Positions 27,410 to 41,031 of a stretch of 64,000 nucleotides of DNA are shown piece after piece. The position numbers and the translations under genes were made by a program. The notes beneath the pieces were generated by a model. That model was not told the DNA's origin. It was given only the letters and a program-made list of their open reading frames with translations, and did no database searches. Position 1 is the first letter of the stretch; each line of letters starts with the position of its first letter. This stretch comes from Macrostomum lignano (taxonomy: Eukaryota), in the NCBI GenBank assembly GCA_002269645.1, contig NIVC01000037.1, positions 620,001-684,000 of the forward strand, in the 5' to 3' direction.

Positions 27410-27856
27410 CGTGACCGGACATTTCGTCAACCGGCATTTCGTCAGCCGGCATTTCGTCAACCAGACATTACGGCAACTCGGAAAATTGTAGCTGATTATT
27501 ATAGCTGCACCAGCCAGAGAATGTGAGAAGTGGTAATGCGATTTCAAATTTGTTTAAAACATGTACACTTCTTGGAAGTAAATTTTCGTAGAAACGTTCG
27601 GTCCTCAATGGTGTCGTAATACTCGTACCATGGTACCTGAATACCATGCACATGGTTTCAATATTTTCTAAAAGAAAACTTAAAACTTAAATTTAAATAT
27701 GTTAACGTTAACGGCTAACATGACGGACGAATAATTTTAGCTTGAACCAAATGTCCGGTTGCCGTAATGTCTGGTTGACAAAATACCAGTTGACGAAATG
27801 CTGGTTGACGAAATGCTGGTTGACGAAATGCCGGTTGACGAAATGTCCTGGAACCG
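27410..27856. mobile_element. MITE with about 80-bp TIRs built from 15-bp subrepeats
   Basis: GGACATTTCGTCAACCGGCATTTCGTCA.. at left, reverse complement at 27760-27850; flanked by direct repeat (G)TTCGTTT on both sides (7-8-bp TSD). Confidence 0.75.
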
Positions 27857-28839
27857 TTCGTTTAAATGCTGTTCAAACGAATTTGCTGTTCAGAAACATG
27901 CTCTAGTGTACTAATGACAAATTTTCATTTCTGTTATAACTGGAGTTAATTCTATTGAGCAAGGCTGCAAAAGCAAGCGGAAAAATCAATCCAATATCTA
28001 AAAAGTAGGGGGGCAAAGATAAATATCAACGAAGCACTACTTATAGTACAACGGGATCGTTTTGCATAATAATTTTGTAGTCAGTTTTTCAATTAGTTTA
28101 ATTAGTTTCGCTTTGTTAAAGGATAAAGTGAAAAAAAATCAATAGACGAAGTGATAAATTTTTATTGTCAGCCGATAAACAATTTTACATTTGCTTGTGC
28201 GAGCAATGAGCTCAAAAAAACTAAGATTTGTTTTCTAAGGGCTGATGACTACGAAGGGTTAGTGCAACTGGTGCTGCTAAAATTGCATTACATTCCTTCG
28301 TCTTTCATTCGCATGGAAGGAAGGAATGTAATGTTCCTCCATGAATGTTCGCCTCTACGCAACTAAAAAACACATTTTTTATTCATTTTGTGCGTCTTAA
28401 AATTTGACATCAACTACGCTCGTAATGCGTTAAAACAACAATAAGAAAAATGAGAAAGATTGGCCCTAAGTCGATTAACTCAAATCATTTGAGGAATAAA
28501 CGGGAAAGGTTTAGCGAGGACCATTAGTGAGCTTAAGAACAAGGAATATCCGAAATCACTCAGTCTTCTATAGACGAATCTTCCTACGATACTTGATGCC
28601 ATTGAGACTTAATCTGCCTCGTAGCTCATAAGCAAGTGCTAAAGTGGATTAGAACCCGATTTTGCTGACCGGATAAAACCTAGGATTGAAGGGGACAAAG
28701 AATAATAATCGGCTTATTGGATTTGCCAGTCCATTAGCGAAATATTAGCTCAAAATCTGTCATCTGACGAGAGCCTCGTTTATCAAAGGTCCCTAATTCG
28801 CGTCCCAAAGATTAACCGATGGGACTGCGAGAGCTGAAG

Positions 28840-31800
28840 TCATCCTGCATTGTTGCCTGCCCTTCCAGCCGCTCCCTGTACCGTGAAGGTGTTCATAGCG
28901 TTGGCGAGGTCGTCAACTCTACCTGGTCCGTGCTGGGCCAGCAGAATCATCTGAAAACGGAGAGGTTGGTGATGAACAGATAATGAAGTTCGTCAGTTCA
29001 CTGTCCTATTTAGCCTCAAACTAAAGAAACTCCTTAGGAACTCAAGAATAAATCAATAGTAAATATGAAGCCCATGCAAAACAACGGCCACCTTGCTGCC
29101 GAACACGAACAGCAGAGTGGTAGTCGAGCAGATGATGATGCAAGCTGCCACCAGCACGAATCGAAGCGTGGCCTGGCTGTTGGGCAGGACGTAGCTCAGC
29201 GACACTCCGATGGCGGCCATGATGAGCGTGTTGTACACGCAGATGCCGATCTGCCTGCTGTCGTTCAGCGCCTCCACCTTTATTTTGCGAGTCTCCCAGG
29301 CAAAGAAGATGCCGAAGATAAGGATGAGACCTGGTAATTAGGAGCGGAAAATTTCCACCAGACTGACTCTAATTTTGATTTGAGGACAAGCTTCATGAGC
29401 ACATGCCGGATGCTCACTTGTATGTGTATATGATTATTAACAATATTATAGGCGGCAAAATTAACTGTGATGATGTATTAGTCTCTTCTTTAGTCTAATT
29501 GTCTATCTCTGTACCCTACTATTCGAGAAATATTTTTCCAGAGTAAATTACCCTTAATTGGCCCTATTTCCCGTGCGCATGATGTGTCAGAAAGTGCTAG
29601 GATCACTGCCAGAAGCTCCTACCTTTAATGCCTACAAGAACTCCGTTCCAAACTCCCGAATTGTCCGAGCGACAGAACTCAAGTCGCTGCCTGTAGATCA
29701 CCCCGCGCTCTGGGTCCTCCTAAATTGGTTTTTAAAAACAAATGCGTACAGTGCTACACACTTGTAAATTTTCCGCTACTATTGTCAAAATTTTCTCTTC
29801 TATGCCTAAACAATATTCACGCTCGTACCACTGAAGGAAGCTGGAATGCACCCAGTTCCATTGGGTCCAGGCCAAGCCACAGGAGGAGAAGCGCGGCGTC
29901 CAGCAGCAAGAGAACCGCAACAACCGAGAAAAGATGCCAATCTTTAATAGCCTGGATGAAAGTGCGATTTATATTTTAGAAGGCAATAATAGAAAAAGAA
30001 ATAAAATGATTGCTTGTAATAAGAAAAGCCACTCACCACTCGCTTGAGGCGCTTGTTGGTGAAGATGACGTGCACCCGCCACGTCTTGGCGAACATGGCC
30101 CCAAACGCACACGAGTATCCAGCAGCCAGACAGCAGGTCTGAGTCCAGCACAGAGACACCCCCGTGAAGCTGCCGCCATTCAGAGCCATCGCGATGCAGC
30201 TGCAGTAGCCGAGCACACAGCCGAGAGCGATCACGAGATTCACGTTCGGAGAGCTCATCTTGATCAGCTTCAGATTTCGGTACCACAGGTTGACGCACAC
30301 CGACACGACAGCGAAGCCGATTCCCACTGCGCACAGGACGAGACAGGTGGTGCTGGCAGACTGGCTGACCATGATTCTCTCGTTCAGCACCACCGGAGAG
30401 TCGATCGGAGGCTTGTCGCCAGCGAACTGCAGACTCTGCTTCCACACCGTGACGTTTGTAGCGGGGTCGAAGTTCGCGACAGGGACGGCTACATTGTCTG
30501 AGGGTTGAGGGACAGTTTTAAGTGAGCCTTGCTGGGCTTGCAGCGAGCTTTCTTTGGCATGGCAATGCGTCACAATTCGACTGATACCTCGGATTTGAAA
30601 GACCACGACCTGTCCGATGCGGTCTCCGTTCTTGTCGAACTGGACGGGGCCCTGAAAAACAATGTGGCAAAGAAAAAGTGCTTTGAGTTAAATGGTACTA
30701 CGATATTTTCTTATTTTTATCCAAAACTCATTTTGAATAACCAGTAGCTGCATTCAGGGAAAAAATGTTTTGATATGAGTAGTAACTGAGAAATCTATCT
30801 TTTAGCGCTTTTAAAGCATTTTTTTATATTTTTAACATACTTCCAGACCATGGAAGTTCTGACTGCGAATGTGTTCCAGAAGGCTTGTTTTGAAAGAGCT
30901 GTTTCCGAGGTCTAGGCTGGAACTATAGTCATGCAGCTGGAGGGTGTCGTTGATGGCCAGGGCCGCAGTGGTGAGGGTGTCGAACACGCGAGCCACCGAG
31001 TTGTTGCTAGATGTCCATTGGCCAAACTCTGCCTTATAGTCAGCGAACAATTCGTCCATTGTCTGAAGTTTATTTACGCTCATATGTGATTTAATAATTA
31101 GTCATTATTATACTAAAGTGACCAGTCATGATTCCATTGTCTTACAAGCCCCGTGTTAGTTGGTGGCGCCTTGAAGTTTGGATTGGCCATGGCTGTATCA
31201 AAGATGATCGCATTTTGCACAGCTTTGCTCTTCATTTCCAGGGTACAGTCCCCCGTTGGGGCTGTAGCTGGCAGGCCATGCCATCCGCTGAAAATCCACT
31301 GGTACTTTGGACCAAACAAGTTGTACTGAAAAATCTAGTTTTTTCAAAGTTTGGGATTGTTAAACTAGATATCAGTGAAGTGGCAGCCTAAGTATTAAAT
31401 AAGCAGTTTTTCATTGTCACAGCAGACTGTAACTTCTGACTAGGAAAAAATCCTTCAAAGAGCTGCATGGTTTAAAAGTTGATAACCGCGGATTGAGAGT
31501 CGCGGGGTGAGGCAAAGTTACACTGGATCGTACATGATACGGTCACAAAGAAGCTGAATTTCATTGAGGCTACCCGTTTTGACACGACACGAAGCACTTT
31601 GGATGCACTTACGAGGCATTCCATTGGCTCCGCTTCTATCGATGAATAGCGAAAAGCAACAAATATTCGGACGTCATCGACCTGAAAATTGATGCAAAAA
31701 ATGGAAGCATTCTGAGGAACAATGATTTTGAAACAGTTTCCTGAAAATGTGCAAACCTTCATTCTCTCAATAATGTCGCGTAGGGTGCTAGTGAAAAGAC

Positions 31801-32687
31801 CCTTGTAGACAATGGTGATGTTGCTGGCTGCGATGACAGTCTCGAAACTGATTCCAACCTGTATTTATCAAATAAATGTTTCGTCATGAGTTGCGAAATT
31901 GTGGATTAAATATTCTGCAAGCAGAGACTGACAAACCGGATAAATCTGATCGGCCTCCGTAATTAACAGACCAATTTTGCGCCACTTGTGTTTGATTAAA
32001 ATTTGTTTGATTTGCTCATTGTACATCGCATGCGTCATGAAGAGCCGTGTGTAGGTAGTGTACATCGATTTGTCTGACAGAAGTGGCGACGCGTTCGCAT
32101 AGGACAACTGTCAAGTTTATAGACGAAGGAAGTAAGTAGTGCTGGTATGAGAGTAGTCATTTTGACTGCTTTGTAATGAATAAAACTAAATGCACCGGCA
32201 GTCCTGCACTCACAATCGGAACATGGTAGAGCCTGCAGACATCGGCCACGACCTGAGACTGTTGTGAAAATAGTATGCCCAGAATAAGAGCCTTGTTCGG
32301 CTCTTTGAAGTAGCCTTCAATGAACGCCTTGGTGGCGCTGCCGGTGTCTTCCTGGAATGAATCGTAAACTGTTTGATGCGTGTTAATTCATCGGCATTAA
32401 TCGGTTATACAAAAACTTACGTCTAGTGCGCACTGGTAATGTATTTTAAGTCGAAACGTTGGAAATAAGTCGGTTCGATTGTTGATGTAGGGCAGGTAAA
32501 ACCTAAGCGCAGTCTCCTGCACTCTGCGCTCACCACTGGGCATCACGGTGCAGATATTGAGCAGCGCAATTTCAGTTCTGTTGTCGTCAGAAGCAACCGG
32601 ATCTGACGCAACATCACAAGTCACGACTGTCCAAGCAAGGCTGGACAGAAGCCAGACAGTCAGGTTGCGAGTTTCGCCGCACAGCAT
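28840..32687 (-). CDS. GABA-B-receptor-like class C GPCR, copy A (13 exons, about 750 aa)
   Basis: Exons 32687-32421, 32351-32214, 32107-31937, 31858-31757, 31681-31613, 31334-31146, 31062-30841, 30651-30588, 30497-30037, 29951-29829, 29719-29623, 29330-29092, 28950-28840; continuous frame. Signal peptide, Venus-flytrap region (LSYANASPLLSD, GPKYQWIF.GW), no cysteine-rich domain, 7TM motifs typical of GABBR (IKMSSPNVN, GAMFAKTWRVH.IF, IKG|LILIFGIFFAWETR, ALNDS.QIG..VYN). Confidence 0.9.
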
Positions 32688-34773
32688 CCAAGAATAGTGT
32701 TACTCAAATTTGCTCTTAATCGAGCCGGTATAATGAGAAAAGGAACAAAAACTCAGTCTCATCAGCTGATGAATAGTTGCCAATCTAGCAAGTTGAACCC
32801 CCTATTCCATCACTGATTGGTTAGTACTGAGCAATGCAAAGTAGCCAATCAGATCTGTAGTTTTAGCAGCAAAAATCAGCAATTTTTCGATAGCAGAGAT
32901 TCAGAGCTCAACCACAGAGTTCCCGTTCAAAATTTTAACCATCGTTATGCATCGTATGGTGGCGCAGGCTGATCAGCTGAGCACTGTTGTGAGACAGATT
33001 GAAGCCTTCAGGGTTCAACAGTCAACCGAATTCCGACTGACTACCTTGCAAGAGATGCAGAAAATTGCAGAAAATTCCTGCATGTAATATTTTAACCACA
33101 TCACTGGTGGGGATAGCTCGCTCTCAGCCGTCAGATCTGCTTGACGCGCTTGGAACAGAATCAGTGCGACAGCATCTAAAGCCTGCATGACCTTACATGA
33201 CCAACACGAGCCTTTTGAAGAGCTACTAAAACTATGGCTAGAATACCAGCTACTCCTGTGACTCAATTTTGGGATCTAGAAATTGAGATCCAAGGAGAGA
33301 GAAGAATACTCGTAGTTTACTGTATAGTTTTAAACTAGTGAAAGATCTGCAGATGAACAAAACCTACTTAGACTTGCCGTGTAAATGTTTTGGTTAAAGT
33401 TGGCGAATTTTCTTTCTAAATAATCAGACCCATTAAAGAGAATATCAAGGTCGTTGACTTCATTTTCTGTACGCAGGTTTTTTATAGAGTTAAAGGCTTA
33501 CAAAAGCAAATAAAATCAGCATGTAGAAGGCCTACAAAAATTGAGTACAATTGTAGAACTATTGTTCCCGCAAAAAATCCTTTTTAAAGCTTTTTATTTG
33601 CATATCATTTGAATTATCGGTACAAGCGTTGGTTTGGATCCCAGCAGCGTACTTCATGACAAAAATTGACGAATAAAACAAGAGATGCAATGTAATACTT
33701 TTTTATTTTCGGTTAGGGAACGTAAATAGTCAGTTTTAGACAAAAAACGCTAATGTAGGGGGTCATTAGTTGTCTCGGTTTTCATTACCTGCTCCTCTGC
33801 TTGGAAATCAATCGCCTCGATCACAGATACTAAAATGACTAGATGGGCCACGCCGGCATATATTTAGTAAAACAGCTTTCTTCAGTAGCAAAGAAGAATA
33901 CATAAGCTATTTTATAAAAATAAAGTCAGCTGAAAGGACTTTAAGAGGTTTAGAAGCCCAAGCTTGCAGGCGTAAACAACTTGCTAATTGGTTCAGCAAT
34001 AATGTACATTAGCCAGTCCACTGAAATGTACATCGCAGCTTTAGGCTGGAATTCCGAGAAAGGCAATAAAATTTGGGGCGGGGCGGGGGGTAGTGTGGAA
34101 AGGCGCGGTTGGGGTTTAAGCTCGGGGGTACGGGCTAAGAGCTAATAAATGAGCCTTGTCTCAGGGACTACTAATATAAGATAGTGAAAAAACGGATTTC
34201 TATGTTCAATAATAAATTCTAGGGAGCACTAGAAAAAACCAGCGTCCAACTTTTTCTGCATGATTTGGCCAGTTTCCCGTCCCGTGTTTTAGTAGTCCCT
34301 GGCTTGGCTTTAAAATTCATAAAAATTACTTTTGTTTAACGTACTACTGAACTGAAAGTAGCTTACACGCGAATGTATTGAGTGGCCCATCTTAGTTATT
34401 CTAGTATCTGCGGTCTCGATAAGCGTGCCGGACCAACTCTTAATTTACATTGCAAGGTATTGACAAGTCTCAGCAATTCACAACATTGAAACCTAATCGG
34501 AGAGCCATTGAAAACCATTGCAAAATTTTAGTATCATTCGATACGGCTTTTAAAAGCGAACTTCAAGAGACGAACTTCGAGAGAGAGCACTGAGCAATCA
34601 ATGCAAAACTGAATGGAAAATTATGAAATTGAATGTCAGCTCGCCGAAATAGAGTGCGAGTTATGTTCAAATTAAACTGAAGAAGGTGTACACAGATCTT
34701 TTCACTCCTACCAAATTTCTGATACTGCTTACTGATGCTTCAATTTCGATTGTTGGACAGCACTATGGTACAA

Positions 34774-34855
34774 GAGTGTCTCTTGTTAGACAGGGGTGTC
34801 TCTTGTTAGACAAAGGTGTCTCTTGTTAGATAAGGGTGTCTCTTGTTAGACAGGG
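34774..34855. repeat. 20-bp tandem repeat x4
   Basis: GGTGTCTCTTGTTAGACAGG-type unit. Confidence 0.9.
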
Positions 34856-35026
34856 AGGGAAAGCGAGTGAACTAATTGATCTGGCAGAATTTTCCAGCTT
34901 CGTCTTTACTGATATGGAACAATCAATGCGAAAAAGAAGCTAGGAGGCTGGCGATAAAAATAGACTCGGGAGGCTGACGGTTTTACTTTTAGCGCGTTAC
35001 TATGTTAAAAGACCTTGAGGTCTGGA

Positions 35027-35260
35027 GCCAGGAGCGTCGCCACCGGGGGACAGGGGGTCACGTCTCCCCCAGTAAAAGCTATGGGGGGGCATAATAGTTT
35101 GAACCCATCGCCCACATTGGAAATCAATAATTTTGCTTCAGAGCGCCAAAATAGAGAGCCTTAAGCGCCAAAAACGAGTGTCTGTGGCGCCAAAGTGAGT
35201 GCTTGGTTGCGGCACCAAAATAAGTGCCTGCGGCGTCACAGCGAGTGCTAGCAACCCCGA
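35027..35260. mobile_element. Fragment of a non-autonomous element related to 41032-41337
   Basis: Begins CCAGGAGCGTCGCCACCGGGGGG, which matches the reverse complement of the end at 41310-41337, and carries degenerate GGCGCCAAAA.GAGTGC repeats complementary to the 21-bp repeats at 41119-41290. Confidence 0.45.
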
Positions 35261-36038
35261 TTCCCCAAATAATGTAGGAATTAGTCATGTAAGTACTCGT
35301 AGAATTCTTGGCTTTCAGCCTCCTCCCCTTCTACTATAAAATCCATGCCGAGGACCCTGCCTGGAACTTTAAAATTCAACTCTTTGAAAGCAGACAGAAG
35401 TGACGCTAAAGCGTTACAATCGAACGTACTCAATCCCAGTGAGGAGAGCTGTGGTTTATGATGGAGGAAAATCTTTCAATTTTTTTAAATTCACTGACAA
35501 TTTGCAGCTGCATACGTGTAGTCTAAATGACAATATTTAGTTAACTTCTCGTTGCTCACTTTTTACGTTTTTTCACAAAAGAATAGTTTAACAATACATT
35601 GTTTCTCAGTTTTTTGTGACAAAAGCTACATTTCTGGTGAGAGTTCTAAGTTTTCTATTTGTGCATTAAATTTAGTTACTACGAGTAATTTAGGTACACA
35701 GTAATCCAAAAGCCTCTAAAAGAATCGCATGAATTCTATAATCATCTACGACAAATCTAAGGCGCTCAACGCGTTTCTAGCGAACCTACTTCCTACAATA
35801 CTCGTGAGCCTTGCACACAAAAATATTCTGAATAACTAAAAACCAAACCTATGACTAAAACTACGCTTAATTATGCTCAATTCTAGAAATCTATCTGCTA
35901 GCTAAATTTTCGAGAACAACGGAAATTGAGTCTTTTCATTGTTATAATTTTTTGCAAGCAACTGGACGTTGCATGGATTCCAAACTTCAGACTGTTATTT
36001 CAAAAAGCCCCTCGTCCAATTCGATCTCGAGTCTTGAC

Positions 36039-39000
36039 TCAGCCACTGGTCTCCGCAGCATTAGCCGTGACGCCTTGGGTGGTGCCCGGCATCGCAAACG
36101 TGTTCATGGCGTTGGTGATGTCGTCAACTTTTGTGGGCCCGTGTTGAATCAAAAGAATCATCTGAAAAAATATCGAGTTGTAAAGTATAATTGAAGGACG
36201 ATGGACACCTCGAGTACAAGGACCGCTACACTCGTACATCATACAGATTTCGAAAAGATTTGCTCTTTGCATAGCGCTGAATGCGGCTTCAAAATAGAAA
36301 AATTCAGCCAAGAAAAATCCATCTAAAACGATGCATCTCAACTACAGCATTTCTATGACAGAGTATGGTTCTTTATAGAGCTCGCAGCTGACTACCACCA
36401 GCTACACTAAAGGCTTCAACGGCACCACCTTGCTGCCGAACACGAGCAGCAGAGTGGTAGTCGAGCAGATGATGATGCACACGACAACCAGCACGAATCG
36501 AAGCGTGGCCTGGCTGTTGGGCAGGACGTAGCTCAGCGACACTCCGATGGCGGCCATGATGAGCGTGTTGTACACGCAGATGCCGATCTGCTTGCTGTCG
36601 TTCAGCGCCTCCAGCTGGACTTTGCGAGTCTCCCAGGCAAAGAAGATGCCGAAGATGAGGATGAGCCCTGCAATGCGAGCGAATACAATGGAATGTCGGG
36701 GTGACATGACAGTTATGATTATAATAATTTTTGGGGTCCCTTGACACGAAGGCTACCCTGCAATCAGGTCGAGAAAAGCATGATTGTCATTTTTCAAATC
36801 ATTCAGCTAAACTGATGTTTTGCGAACTCGATGTGTCCATTTTATTAACCGACTCAAACCAACTGGAAGCATGAAGACATCCTGCAATCACTCAGATAAT
36901 TAGATGGAAAATTGGACAGCTAAGTTTAAAGGTACCCATTTCTCGATGCTGTTTGCCTATTAAAATAATTGATTGCCCCGAAGCAGCCCATGATGGAAAG
37001 GTTTGCATAAGTGCTCGTTCTCTCAAGGCGATGAAATAGCATAATTATTTTGCATTTATATAAATAGCTTGCATGAAGCTAGAACAATGCAGAGATCTGT
37101 TGAAAAACACTAGTGTGCAAGATGTTCACCACCTTTGATCCCAAGAAGAATTCCATTCCACAACGTGGTCAATCCAGACTGGCAGATTTCCAGGAAAGGC
37201 TTGTATAGAACTCCGAGCTGCGAGTTCTCCTAGAATTGAGAAGGTCCTGAAAGTCACCTTTATGTACAGAGGAATGGCAGAAAAATGCTCGGCTAAAATG
37301 CTTTGAGACGCACCCTTTTTGGAAACAGATGCAGCTCCAGCTGCAGTGGATCCAGAATAGACCAGATGACGAAAACCACAGCATCGAGCAGTAAGAGAAT
37401 AGCAACCACAGACAGCAGGTGCCAGTCCTTAATAGCCTGAAAAAAACATTCCAACAAATTCAAGCGATGCATCAAATACTAAAAGGATGGCAAATGGTCG
37501 ACTTCAAAAAAAAATTGCAGTGAAGAACCTTTATGAAAAAGATCGAATTCCAATATTCTAATTATCAAGACGACATGTAAACTTAGCTGCTTATACTGAA
37601 GGATGACAACTCACCACTCGCTTGAGGCGCTTGTTGGTGAAGATGACGTGCACCCGCCACGTCTTGGCGAACATGGCCCCAAACGCACACGAGTATCCAG
37701 CAGCCAGACAGCAGGTCTGAGTCCAGCACAGAGACACCCCCGTGAAGCTGCCGCCATTCAGAGCCATCGCGATGCAGCTGCAGTAGCCGAGCACACAGCC
37801 GAGAGCGATCACGAGATTCACGTTCGGAGAGCTCATCTTGATCAGCTTCAGATTTCGGTACCACAGGTTGACGCACACCGACACGACAGCGAAGCCGATT
37901 CCCACTGCGCACAGGACGAGACAGGTGGTGCTGGCAGACTGGCTGACCATGATTCTCTCGTTCAGCACCACCGGAGAGTCGATCGGAGGCTTGTCGCCAG
38001 CGAACTGCAGACTCTGCTTCCACACCGTGACGTTTGTAGCGGGGTCGAAGTTCGCGACAGGGACGGCTACATTGTCTGAGGGTTGAGGGGTCAGTTTTAA
38101 GTGAGCCTTGCTAGGCTTGCAGCGAGCTTTCTTTGGCATGGCAATGCGCTACAATAAGACTGTTACCTCGGATTTGAAAGACCACGACCTGTCCGATGCG
38201 GTCTCCATTTTTATTGAACTGTACAGGACCCTGGAAGAAAAAGATATTTCAGTGTGTTTCAGCTTATATTACTCAAGTAAAGTACTTCACTGACAAAGTT
38301 CACCGACAAAGTTAAGATCACACGCTGTTTCCTCTCTTAGTATTCCTTCTATCAGAGTTTCTCAAATGCTCGATTCCCGATACTTTGAATCTGGTTATTT
38401 TGTACTTTTTTTCTGGCAGTCAATTAGCTCCTTACTATTGAGAACTGAAGTGAGTACGGTGTCCGTACAGTAGTTGTGATATGGTTCATCCTAGCTCGTA
38501 ATTAAATAATTAGAGATCAAGTAACGAATATGGCAGCGAAATGACGTGATGTGATGTACGAGCTACATAAGCGAGAATTGAAAGTCACCTCAACGCCATT
38601 AAAAGTTTGATGGCGAATATTTTTCAATAGGCTCGTCTTAAATGAGCTGTTTCCGAGTTCCACTACAGGACTGTACTCGTCACGCTTCAGCGTTTCGTTA
38701 ATGGCCAGGGCAGCAGTTGTTAATGTGTCGAACATGCGAGCTGCCGAGTTGTTGCGTGAAGTCCATTCACCGTACACTGATTTGTATGCGTTGTAGAGGT
38801 CATCGAGGCTCTGAAATCCGAACACGTGTAAGGTAGGCGTGCTAAAACAATTAAAATCACTGGTGCCTCAAGACTCTTCCCAACCGTCATCAAATGAAGC
38901 CGATTTCCATGTGATCACACTGCTTTTAGATAACTTTTTGACGTTTTGTACATCAGGCAAGTGATTTGATGTATGTGCAGTTGATAGCGGTGTGAACGAG

Positions 39001-40615
39001 GGCTCAGTGCTCAATTGTTTTTTCCTCTTACCAGGCCAGTTATGCTGGGTGGCGGCTTGTAGTTGGGTTCGGCCATCGAGGAGTCAAAAATGATTGCGTT
39101 GTGCACCGCAGCTTTCCTCATTTCCACTGTGCAATCACCAGCCGGTGTTGTAGCCGGTAAACCGTGCCATCCGCTGATTATCCATTGGTACTTTGGGCCG
39201 AAAAAGTTGAACTTATATATCTGAAAAAATGAATACCCTTGATTTATGATTTATAGTTAAGTTGTAATTGGAACTACGAGTATTCTGGATAGCCGTCGAA
39301 ACACTTACCAGACACTCCAACGGTTCGACCTCTAGAGAAACATAACGAAAGGCAACGAATATCCGGATATCATCTGCCTGGAAGTGAAGAAACCCCCCAC
39401 GGTTTTGTCTCCACCAAATATGCAAAGTTTTAAACTAATTTTTTGCAAATTCTATACACTTTAAATAGGAATAACTGCACAGTAAACGCGTATAGCTTAC
39501 TATAAGGCGCTGCATCATCTCTTGGCTTGTGGTTGTGTAGAGCACCTTGTACAAAACCGATATATTTCTCCTGGCAATCAGATTTTCAAATTCAATTCCA
39601 ACCTGAAAATTGGAACTTTAACAGCTGTACTTTTACTAGTTAAGTAGACCCTGAGCCCTAGATCTAGGCGAGATCTCTAGAGGCGATTGGCTGTTTTTCG
39701 TCACGAGCAATTTAACTCCCTGTTTATGTCGCTCATGGAAATTAACCAATTGAAACCCGGATGCAGGACGAATACTAACCGGGTAGATCTGGTCGGCCTC
39801 CGTGATCAACAGGCCAATCTTGTGCCACTTATGCTTTAGCAAGATCTGGACGATCTCCTCATTGTAGAGCCCGTGCGTCATAAACAGCCGACTGTAGGTT
39901 CGGTAGCGAGTCTTGTCCGACAGCAGCGGCGACGCGTTGGAGTAGGCCAGCTGAAAGACGAGGGACAGACGGTCTGTGAATAGGCAGCCAGATTTAAAGT
40001 AACAATACGATTTAATTTTCTTTTTATTCAAGACAAGAAGACAACAAAACAGCTCAAAGTATTTTGTATTTCGAGGATTGAAGCATTTTGTACTTCGAAA
40101 TCGCGAGCCGTCAAGCTTAAATTTAATCTGTCAAGACGCTTATAAGCTGTTTACCTCAACTCGAGAAAACTCACCATGGGGACATGGTAGAGCTTGCACA
40201 CGTCGGCCACTACCTGAGACTGTTGCGAGAAAAGAATCCCCAAAATCATAGCTTTGTTTGGCTCGCTGAAGTAGCCGTCGATAAACGCCTTCGAAGCGCT
40301 GCCTTTGTCTTCCTGCAGATGGATTTATTCATATTGTACGATCAAATATGCCAGTATATTTCAGTTTTAATAACTCACATCGATAGCGCACTGATAGTAA
40401 ATCTTGAGCTTGAATGTCGGGAACAAGTCAGTCAGGTTGTTGATCAGCGGCAGGAAGGCTCTGAGCGAGAGCTCCTGAAACCTTCGTTCTCCAGAAATCG
40501 GCCTTACGGTGCAGATGTTGAGCAGAGCAACCTCAGTTCGGTTGTCCTCAGCTTCGCACTGCTCAATCAGGCAGACCGCTGCACTGAACAGCAGCAGGTG
40601 GCGCCAGAGACACAT
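36039..40615 (-). CDS. GABA-B-receptor-like class C GPCR, copy B (13 exons, about 744 aa)
   Basis: Exons 40615-40379, 40312-40175, 39950-39780, 39602-39501, 39377-39309, 39220-39032, 38810-38589, 38230-38167, 38075-37615, 37436-37314, 37229-37133, 36667-36429, 36161-36039. Internal exon lengths (138,171,102,69,189,222,64,461,123,97,239) equal those of copies A and C; open frame throughout. Confidence 0.9.
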
Positions 40616-41031
40616 GCAATTTTGTCTTTGTATTAGGAATTTTTTTAATACTGAACTCGATTTGCTGAGATTTTTCGCGCGGCAGAATTACTGAGTCATT
40701 ATTATGCTCTTGGATTTACAAAGACTAATTGAGCCTGGATTTGTTCGGATCAGTAGTCACTTTTATGACTTTTATGCAACATGTGGCCTTCTTGAAAAAG
40801 TTCTCTGATTGGATCTGGACGTTACAGCCGGTTATTGGCCAAAATGGCGGATCAAAGAAACGTTTTGTTGGGGAAAAACTACGAGCATATTTCTCCAAAA
40901 GACTTCCCTGTACAGAAGTTGTAGCTCGTATGGTCCTACTCACGACTGGCTTAAGTAAGATGTCAAGACTTTTAATATGCGCAAATATGGTTGAAAGAGC
41001 TGAATAAATATCCATTCTTGGTATGTACTTC

